From positions 37,561 through 101,560 of the forward strand of contig CAWBCG010000011.1 of assembly GCA_963787235.1 (NCBI GenBank): 64,000 nucleotides of DNA, written 5' to 3'. The notes below the pieces were generated by a model. That model had not been told where the DNA came from, did not search any database, and saw only the letters and a list, made by a program, of their open reading frames with translations. The DNA is from an uncultured delta proteobacterium (lineage in GTDB: Bacteria > Desulfobacterota > Desulfobacteria > Desulfobacterales > SG8-13). Below are positions 56,086 through 64,000 of this stretch, in pieces (the first letter of the stretch is position 1; every line of letters starts with the position of its first letter). The position numbers and the translations under genes were made by a program.

Positions 56086-57596
56086 ATGCAATCAACGGAA
56101 ATGATAAAACCAGAGGATGTTATCGATATTGTTATCAGGCGGCGCTGGTATATTCTCACGCCTCTCTTTCTTGCGCTGATCTTTGGAATCTATTATGCCT
56201 TTACGGCTCCCAGGATTTACGAAGCCACCACGCTGGTGATGGTTGAGCCTCAGCAGGTTCCAAAGGAATTCGTCCGGTCTGTCGTAACGGACGATGCCGA
56301 GTCGATGCTCAACATTATTTCCCAGCAGATCACAAGCCGCACCTATCTTGAACGAATTGTCGATGATTTTAATCTGGTGCCGAAAAATAGACCTGATATT
56401 TTGATCGAAGATGTCATTGAGGCGATGAAGCAGAAAATTAAGATCAAAGTGAAACGGGATAGACTTGGCACGGATACTTTTTCAGTTTCGTATCAAGAGT
56501 ACAAACCCTCAAGAGAGCTATGGAGATTACGAATGCATTGGCGAGCAATTTTATCGAAGCCAACATGATAGAAAGAGAATATCAAGCCGCTGACACCAAC
56601 ACTTTCTTGGAAGGCGAACTCGAAACAGTCCGCAAGCGGCTTATTGAAAAAGAAGACGAATTGAAAGAATACCGTCAGCGATTCATGGGTGAGTTGCCGG
56701 AACAACTGGGTAGCAACCTGTCGGTGTTGCAGGGGCTCCAGAATCAGTTGACGGCCAAAGAGACCAGCCTTAGGGATCTTAAAAACAGGCTGGCTGAAGT
56801 AGAAAGCCAGGCAGCCACTTCCTCGGAAGGAGTTACAGACCCGAACGACATAGGGTCTTTGAAAAGAAAGCTCGATGATCTGCTTATGCGCTATACGGAA
56901 AATCATCCGGATGTCACGCGATTGAGAAACCGAATCGAGGAGCTCGAGAAACTTCCGGCCGACGGGAAAACCGGTCAAATATCAAGCAGTCCTTTCTCTC
57001 GTAAGAAGTCTGAGCTCTTGCGCGACAAGTCGGCTCTCGAATTTCAAATTGCCCAACTTCAATCCCAGATAAGAATTTACCAGTTGCGTGTGGAGGAAAC
57101 GCCGAAACGTGAACAGGAGCTCATTTCCTTGAGGCGGGACTATGATAACGTGGACAACATTTACAAATCGTTGTTAAAACGGAAACTTGAGTCCGAGATT
57201 TCGATCAGCATGGAAAGAAAGCAGAAAGGCGAAAAGTACCGTGTTATTGATAGAGCTCAAATACCCAAAAGACCAATTGAGCCGGATTTAAAACGTATTT
57301 TTATGTTGACGATGGCTGTTGGATTCGGTCTTGGCTGCGGACTGGCATTTTTATTGGAATTCCTGGATTCATCTTACAGGAGGCCGGAAAAGGTCGAAGA
57401 AGATTTTAAAATTCCGGTCATTGCCACTATCCCGGCAATCTACACTGTGAAAACTGTTTTCAAGAAACGAATTGATATGGGTCTGTGCAGCTTATTTGCG
57501 CTGATAATTCTTGTCTTAATTGGGACTTTCTCCTTTTTAACCTTGTGGGGGGGCGATCAGGCTATGGATATGTTTAAAAATTATGTCAGCCTGTGA
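56086..57596 (+). pseudogene. Polysaccharide chain-length determinant (Wzz/GumC/EpsF-like), one frameshift near 56480-56520
   Basis: ATG 56086 with GAGGGA RBS. N-terminal TM plus Wzz block (RRRWYILTPLFLALIFGIYYAF...YEATT). The sequence continues in another frame from about 56520 (EITNALASNFIEAN..., long coiled coil, C-terminal TM). Confidence 0.75.
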
Positions 57597-57653
57597 AAAA
57601 CCTAAATGTTGAAAATAATCGCTATCCTATAACAGACAATTGGTGAGACACAA

Positions 57654-58286
57654 ATGGGTAAGATACACAAGGCATTAGAAAAATCAAAAAAAGAGCATCA
57701 AGGAAAATCAAAGTCCGGCTCCTCGTCCTTCTTCAATAACGGAACTGTTCAAAAGGATGGCCCTGGTCATGGCGCCTCAGAGCAAAAACACAGTCCCGCA
57801 TTGTCTACGCCCGTTTCATCTGAGGTCAACCTCGGAACAATCCATGAACTGCTGCACGATCCTCTGGAGCCCGGAGCTTCTCATTCCCGTCTAAAAAACG
57901 ACATAATCCTAAAAAATATTCAGGATACCTCGGCACCTAGCAAAGCACCGACAGTTGCTTTTACAGATTCTGAGAAATCAAACAGATTGGCTAAGAGCCA
58001 TGAAAAGAAGCCGGGTACTGATCCCAGATTCAGCAAAGATGAAAACCATCAAGTAACGAAAAACAACAAACTTCTCCAGGACACCCGAAATCATATTAAC
58101 GCTGACCCCACCCCGATTGGTCCACTGCCGCAAAATACAAATGAATCGATCAAGAACCACAAAATTAGCACATCCGAATCAAGCGAACCTATCGATAAAA
58201 AGGTATTTGTTTTAAGAGAAAGAGCCCTGAATGAATCTTCGCGAGAGGACTCAACGAGAAAAAATGGGAACCGGTACCAACGATAA
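57654..58286 (+). CDS. Low-complexity Ser/Lys/Pro-rich ORF; its N-terminus (MGKIHKALEKSKKE) looks like the usual N-terminus of EPS-locus tyrosine-kinase-like ATPases
   Basis: 210-aa ORF overlapping the next ORF by 56 nt in a different frame. Either a separate gene or the frameshifted 5' part of 58231-59016. Confidence 0.4.
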   Translation: MGKIHKALEKSKKEHQGKSKSGSSSFFNNGTVQKDGPGHGASEQKHSPALSTPVSSEVNLGTIHELLHDPLEPGASHSRLKNDIILKNIQDTSAPSKAPTVAFTDSEKSNRLAKSHEKKPGTDPRFSKDENHQVTKNNKLLQDTRNHINADPTPIGPLPQNTNESIKNHKISTSESSEPIDKKVFVLRERALNESSREDSTRKNGNRYQR

Positions 58287-59016
58287 AACTGGGCCGGACA
58301 ATACGGCTTCGGATTCAATCAATTATACCCCTGTTAACAATTCCCTGGTAGCACTGTTGAAACCTCGATCCTATGAAGCTGAACAGTTTAAGATATTGCG
58401 AACAAACCTATTGTTTCCTGAATCCGGGAAACCGGCTAGATCCATTTTGATCACCAGCGCCGCACCTGGTGATGGAAAATCATTTGTTTCCGCGAATCTG
58501 GCCGTTAGCTTGGCGCTCGATCATGATCGAAAGGTTTTATTAATCGATGCGGATGTCCGCCGCGCAGCAATTCATAATATTTTCGGACTTAACGGTTTTG
58601 AGAAAGGGGTTTGCGATTTTTTGACCGATCGGGTTCCTCTTGCCTCTCTGTTGGTCAGGACCAGTCTAAAGAACCTGTTTATCCTGCCGGCCGGTCAACT
58701 GACCCATGACCCTTCTCAGCTGCAGTCTTTGGAAAAGCTGCCAAAGCTTTTCGAAGAACTGTCGGCCCATTTTGGCGAGTATTTCATTGTAATCGATTCC
58801 CCACCCCCAAAACTGGCAGCTGAAACAGGTGTTTTAGCAAGACTGGTTGACAGAATCGTGATCGTTATGAAAGCCGGTGTCACGAAAAAAGAGTATATTG
58901 AAGAAACGATAGAGCTGGTGGACAAGGGAAAGATTGCGGGGATTGTGTTTAATTGGCATGAAAACAGAATGTCAAAATATAAAAAATATGCTAAGAAACG
59001 TGAATATTATTCCTAA
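58231..59016 (+). CDS. BY-kinase-like P-loop ATPase (CpsD/CapB/EpsG family)
   Basis: EAEQFKILRTNLLF. Walker A ITSAAPGDGKSFVSANLA. Walker A' LLIDADVRR. Walker B FIVIDSPP. Confidence 0.8.
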   Translation: MNLRERTQREKMGTGTNDKTGPDNTASDSINYTPVNNSLVALLKPRSYEAEQFKILRTNLLFPESGKPARSILITSAAPGDGKSFVSANLAVSLALDHDRKVLLIDADVRRAAIHNIFGLNGFEKGVCDFLTDRVPLASLLVRTSLKNLFILPAGQLTHDPSQLQSLEKLPKLFEELSAHFGEYFIVIDSPPPKLAAETGVLARLVDRIVIVMKAGVTKKEYIEETIELVDKGKIAGIVFNWHENRMSKYKKYAKKREYYS

Positions 59017-59159
59017 CGATTCTCGTGCCAATACATAAGGCAAATTGAATATCGACTGTTACAAATTGCGGCTTCAATAGAATTGTGCTGATTTGTTTAA
59101 TTACCTCTTGCTGGGAAGCCAGATTTTTTACCGTCCAATAAATCGATAAACTATAAACT

Positions 59160-60555
59160 ATGATTCGGGTATTCAAGCAGTATTATCCCATACGAAATAT
59201 CTTTTTCGTTATTGGGGAAGGGCTCGTGATCTATCTTTCAGTTTTTACGGCTGCCTATGCACTCCGGAATACTGAGCCTTTTGTTCCCGATAGTACCTTG
59301 GCCTTAAAGATGCTGCTGGCTACTTTGGTTTGCCAGTTATGCCTCTACTACGGTGATTTATACGACATGAGCACCTCAAAAAGCTCGGTCGAGCTGTGTG
59401 TACGACTGCTGCAGGCATTGGGTGTGGCGGCTATTTTGTTAGCGATTATCTATTTTATCTTTCCTAAGACGATTCTCAATACGGGAAACTACATCGTCAG
59501 TGCCCTGATTCTCGTCTTTTTGTTGAGTTCATGGCGGCTTGGGTATGCGCTTGTGCTCAATCGTGGCTTGTTTGACAAAAAAATTATACTCATCGGATCC
59601 GACGAACTCGCGCAAAAAATAAATAATGAGATTATGCAGAAAAAGGACTGCGGGTACCAAGTCGCCTGTATTGTCCTCGAAAAATACCATCAAGGAACCA
59701 TAACCGATGCCCAGACGCCGGTCATTCGGAAAAAAGGATACCAGGGGCTTTGTGCCCTTGCCAAAAAATTAAACATCGATACGATCGTGGTTGCCATCAA
59801 GGAAAAAAGGGGTGAATTGCCGACAAAGGAACTTCTGCAATGTCGTATCGACGGAATCGAAGTTTTTGATGGAATCAGTTTTTACGAGACGCTTTCCGGA
59901 AAACTTCTTGTAGAGCATATCAGTCCGTCCTGGTTGATTTTTTCGGATGGTTTCCAGAAATCCAGCATCAAAAAAATTCTCAAACGACTTACCGATATAA
60001 TCTTGTCAATTATATTGCTCGTTATTTTTTCCCCGATATCTTTTCATAGTGATGCTGGTGATCAAAATCGATTCGAAAGGACCTGTTTTTTACAGTCAGG
60101 ACAGGGTTGGAGAAGGGCACATAATTTATCGGGTTTACAAATTTCGTTCCATGTTCACAGATGCGGAGGAAAAAACCGGCCCAGTGTTCACCGCCAAAAA
60201 CGATGACCGCATTACCCGAGTCGGACGGTTTTTGCGCAAATGGCGCATCGACGAGATTCCGCAATTGTGGAACGTCCTCAGAGGGGAAATGAGCTTTGTC
60301 GGTCCGCGGCCGGAGCGCGAATTTTTTGTCAAACAATTGGAACAAAAAATTCCATACTATAGAGAACGTTTCAGCGTAAAGCCCGGCATTACCGGTTGGG
60401 CCCAGGTCTGTTACCGCTATGGATATACGCTCGAGGATGCAGTCGAGAAATTAAATTACGACCTGTTTTATATCAAAAACATGTCAATTTTCATGGATCT
60501 TATGATTATTTTGCGAACGATCAAAATTGTTCTTTTCGGAATCGGTGCGCAGTGA
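59160..60555 (+). pseudogene. Polyprenyl-phosphate glycosyl-phosphotransferase (bacterial sugar transferase, EpsB/WbaP-like), one frameshift near 60037-60048
   Basis: N-terminal 4-TM plus Rossmann-like part (59160-60040) ends ...LLVIFSPI. The catalytic domain (LVIKIDSKGPVFYSQDRVG...YKFRSM...[21 protein letters not shown]) continues in another frame to 60555. The shift lies among T and C homopolymers. Confidence 0.8.
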
Positions 60556-60603
60556 ATCAGATGACTTTGGTTTCATACACAGCGAGAAATAGGAAGGACC
60601 ATT

Positions 60604-61217
60604 ATGAATAAAAGAGTAAAAAATTGGACATTCGTTATCATTATTGCCCTCATCTTTGGTATGTTTTGCAAGCGGCAAGCGTGAATCAGTAGCTGCAGAT
60701 ACCAAGAGTGCGACTGCCAAACCAGCGATTGCCTCCTACATAATTGGTGCCGGCGATGTGCTGCGGATCGTTACATGGAAAGAAGCGGACTTCACTTTGG
60801 ATATCAGTTCTGGTCAGAACGGACGGGAAAATATCATTTCCACTGCTCAATGACGTTCAAGCTGCCGGCTTGACGCCGATGATGCTCAAAGACGTTCTCG
60901 AAACCGGACTAAAAAATTATGTCGCTGCTCCAGTCATTACCGTGACGGTCACAAACGCCGGAAGCCAGAAGTTTTATATTCTGGGCGAAGTGCCGCGAAC
61001 AGGTGAATATCCGATTGTTAAAGATCTTTCGGTTTTGCAGGCTTTTGCGTTGGCGGGAGGATTTACCGAATGGGCTTCGAAGGACGAAATCCTTTTGATC
61101 CGCCGCGAAGGTGGCCAAAAGAAGGTCTATAAGATCGATTACAAAGACATGGCCAAAGGAAAGAACCTGGATCAGGATCTTCTGATCAAGGCGGATGATA
61201 CCATTATTGTTCCATAA
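60604..61217 (+). pseudogene. Polysaccharide export protein (Wza/EpsE-like), split over three frames
   Basis: Signal/lipoprotein-like MNKRVKNWTFVIIIALIFGMFC (frame 1). YIIGAGDVLRIVTWKEADF (frame 2). VRTDGKISFPLLNDVQAAGLT...ILGEV...GGFTEWA (frame 3, to 61217). Confidence 0.7.
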
Positions 61218-61328
61218 AAAATGTTAGTTGTTGGTAGTATGTTGTAAATTGTAAAACAAAACAGACAACTAACAACAATCAACTAACGACTATCAATTAT
61301 CAACATCGAACACGAGGGAGGGAATGAT

Positions 61329-62721
61329 ATGAAAAAGGTCAAGACAGTTGTTATTATTTTAGCAGTTATCAGTCTCCCGATCCTTTCCTCCCATGCTTTA
61401 GCAGCCAAGTATACGTTCATCCCGCGTCTTGACGTCGATTCCTATTACACAGATAATGTTAATTTGACACCGACGGATACTGAATCTGCCTTCGTCACCT
61501 CGGTCGTCCCCGGATTCACGGCCGGTGTTTCCGGGAGGACCGCCGGACTCGATCTCAGATTTAATCCCGGTTACACCTTTTACTCCAATGATAGTGACCA
61601 GAACTACTGGCGAATTAATGCCGGCCTCAATAGCTTCGTTGATATTACGCAGCACACAAAACTTACAGTAACGGACAGCTACTATCTTACGCAAGATCCG
61701 AATCCCGAGTTCTTGATTACCGACGTGAGGGCCGGCGAGCCGGGTGCATCCGTGGACCCCACCGTTCGGCAAGGCCAGAATAAATACTGGCACAACACTT
61801 TCGGGGCGCGTGGGGACTATCAGTTCGGCCAGGACAAATCGATATTCGCAGAATATCGTAATCAAATCTTGCGCAACGACAACACCGACCAATATGAAGA
61901 CAGCAATGTCAACACCGGGACTGCCGGGCTGACGTATTTTTTTGGTCCGAAATGGGGAACGCAATTGGAGGGCACTTATTCAAATCGCGCATTTGAGCAG
62001 ACCCAAAATTATGCCGGCGTGCCTTCAAGTGATTCGGATTTATGGGGAGGTAGCATTCGACTTATCAGACGGTTTTCCCGGACAACCGACGGATTTTTAG
62101 AGTATACGATACGGCAATGTTAAATACACCAGCGGAAACAATTTTTCGGTGGTGCCCGGAGAGGGTCAACCAACGCTCGTGGTCAATGAGGATTATCAGA
62201 TCAATGATGCAAGGGTCGGCGTGAATTATGCGATCGCGGAGGACATAACGTTTACTGCCAATGTCGGATGGGTCTTAAAGGTGAATGACGTCACCGACAA
62301 CCAGGACGGAGGGGTGGGCGAACTGGTGCTCAGAAAAGCGTTGAAAAGGGGAGGTTTCAGGCTCGAAGCCGGCGCCGGGTACGATTTAGGCACTTTAAAT
62401 ACTACTGCTCAAAATTACGGGGTTACCCGGTACTACCGCGCCGGGGCTACCGGAGATTATCAACTATTCAGGCGATTATATGGCGACATATACGGCGCTT
62501 ACCGCCATAATAAATATATCGATACATTTCCCGAGCGTGACGAGGACATATACACGGCCGGAGCCGGGATTACCTGGCAGCCTTTTCGATGGGGTTCCCT
62601 ACGCTTAGGGTACTCTTATCGGCAGAGTATATCGGATATAAATACCTACGAATACACCGAAAACCGTATTTTGTTGAACCTCTCGCTTTCTACCGAACTG
62701 CCTTACAGGGCGCTTTTTTAG
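61329..62721 (+). pseudogene. Putative outer-membrane beta-barrel protein of the EPS locus, one frameshift near 62105-62115
   Basis: Signal peptide MKKVKTVVIILAVISLPILSSHALA. Alternating beta-strand pattern rich in Y/G/N/T. Continuation YGNVKYTSGNNFSVVPGEG... in another frame. C-terminal ...LPYRALF ends in Phe as in OMP beta-signals. Confidence 0.6.
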
Positions 62722-62749
62722 CACTATCAACATACGCTTAAAATAGTTG

Positions 62750-63874
62750 ATGAAAAAATTCAAAATTCATCTTGTGGCTGCGGCACGGCCGAATTTCATG
62801 AAAGTCGCACCGCTGTACCATGCCCTCAAAAGTGAACCGTGGTCTGATCCTGTCATTGTCCACACCGGTCAGCATTACGATTTAAACATGTCCGATGTCT
62901 TTTTTCAGGATCTCGGACTACCCGCACCGCATATCCATCTCGGTGTCGGTAAAGGAACTCATGCCGAACAGACCGGTCAGGTCATGATGGCCTATGAAAA
63001 AATTCTGTTCGAAGTGCGACCGGATTTGGTCGTTGTCGTCGGAGATGTCAACTCGACCGTGGCCTGCACCCTTTCCGCCGTAAAACTCGGTGTACCGGTG
63101 GCTCACCTGGAAGCCGGATTGAGATCCTTCGACCGTAAAATGCCTGAGGAAATCAACCGATTGGTTACGGACGCACTGGCCGACATTCTCTGGACTCCGT
63201 CAGCGGACGGCGATACCAACTTGATGCGTGAGGGCATTCCCGCAGAAAAAATTCAGCTGGTCGGAAACATCATGATCGATTCACTGGAGATGGTGCGTGA
63301 AAAAATCGAGCGGGAGGAGACACTGAAAAACCTCCATCTGAGTCGTCGCAAATATGCAGTGGTGACGCTGCACCGGCCCTCAAATGTCGATGCACCGGAG
63401 ATGTTAAAAAAACTGAGTGAAACTCTGGTAGACGTTTCATCAATGGTTCCTCTGGTTTTCCCGGTGCATCCGAGAACCCGAAAAAATATCGCAAAGGCAG
63501 GGTTGAGCGACTACCTGGCTAAAACGCGAAATTTGCTGCTGCTCGAACCGCTGAGCTATCGTCGTTTCATGAATTTGGTTTTCAATTGCCGCCTGGCGAT
63601 TACCGATTCCGGTGGCATTCAGGAGGAAACAACTTATCTTGGTATTCCCTGCTTGACCTTGCGGTCCAACACCGAACGGCCGATCACCCTTACCCGAGGA
63701 ACGAATCAACTCTGCGAAATAGAAGAACTGGTGTCTAAGGTGAAAAGCGTTCTTTCCATGCCTGAAAAGACGTTACCCAAAATAGAACTATGGGACGGTC
63801 GCACAGCCGCCCGGGTTGTTCAGTCGATTCAAAAATATTTTCGGCCTGTTTTGGATAAATGTCCAAACGAGTAA
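62750..63874 (+). CDS. wecB: UDP-N-acetylglucosamine 2-epimerase (non-hydrolysing)
   Basis: RPNFMKVAPL, HTGQHYD, VVVGDVNSTVAC, HLEAGLRSFD..MPEEINR, DSGGIQEE blocks. Confidence 0.9.
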   Translation: MKKFKIHLVAAARPNFMKVAPLYHALKSEPWSDPVIVHTGQHYDLNMSDVFFQDLGLPAPHIHLGVGKGTHAEQTGQVMMAYEKILFEVRPDLVVVVGDVNSTVACTLSAVKLGVPVAHLEAGLRSFDRKMPEEINRLVTDALADILWTPSADGDTNLMREGIPAEKIQLVGNIMIDSLEMVREKIEREETLKNLHLSRRKYAVVTLHRPSNVDAPEMLKKLSETLVDVSSMVPLVFPVHPRTRKNIAKAGLSDYLAKTRNLLLLEPLSYRRFMNLVFNCRLAITDSGGIQEETTYLGIPCLTLRSNTERPITLTRGTNQLCEIEELVSKVKSVLSMPEKTLPKIELWDGRTAARVVQSIQKYFRPVLDKCPNE

Positions 63875-63924
63875 TTGTATGCCATCCTTCCGTTAACCGT
63901 GACATTTCACCCACAGGATAGAAC

Positions 63925-64000
63925 ATGATGAAGAAAGAAGAAAAATACCTTAACCCTGAAATTGACCGCAAACAGACCGCAGTATCGGTTTGTCCGGGGG
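63925..64000 (+). CDS. 5' end of an unidentified ORF running off the window
   Basis: ATGATG at 63925 with AGGA 6 nt upstream. Only 25 codons (MMKKEEKYLNPEIDRKQTAVSVCPG) are visible. Confidence 0.25.
   Translation, partial: MMKKEEKYLNPEIDRKQTAVSVCPG

Overview
This is a bacterial chromosomal window. The gene content suggests Desulfobacterota, but that is inference only.

**1-12.7 kb, housekeeping genes:** mnmG, a CbpA-type J protein, hpt, an acidic zinc-ribbon/DUF3426 protein, tRNA-Met, a PurD-like ligase, ddl, a RimK-like ATP-grasp, purE, tsaC and tRNA-Leu.

**12.7-16.8 kb, AT-rich islet:** it follows tRNA-Leu and carries an AbiEi-like/nucleotidyltransferase pair, a truncated tRNA-Glu and decayed sequence.

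**16.9-42.1 kb, centre:**
- A cooC-like ATPase is translationally coupled to a Ski2-like helicase.
- An 18-kb minus-strand MSHA-type type IV pilus locus lies between two paralogous hybrid histidine kinases. In transcription order it holds a PilM/N fusion, PilO-, PilP-like proteins, a secretin, an ExeA/MshM-like ATPase, an MshE ATPase with tandem c-di-GMP motifs, a platform protein, a membrane-anchored sigma-54 activator, three tandem pilins (one decayed), two pseudopilins and a giant ~1130-aa fused minor pilin.

**43.4-54 kb:**
- A second ExeA-like ATPase with an OmpA domain, followed by a secreted protein.
- A sigma-54 signalling island: a stand-alone receiver, a receiver-less activator, a sigma-54 promoter driving a small Arg-rich ORF, two large hybrid kinases and a second stand-alone receiver.

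**54.6-64 kb:** a visibly lower-GC Wza/Wzz/BY-kinase/sugar-transferase EPS locus interrupted by many frameshifts, followed by an intact wecB.

**Repeats:** three families of short MITE-like intergenic repeats are scattered through the window. Two copies lie inside the pilus operon. One inverted pair brackets 32.6 kb.

No CRISPR array, rRNA or intact transposase/integrase was found. All calls come from manual reading of the sequence and the ORF track; no searches were run.
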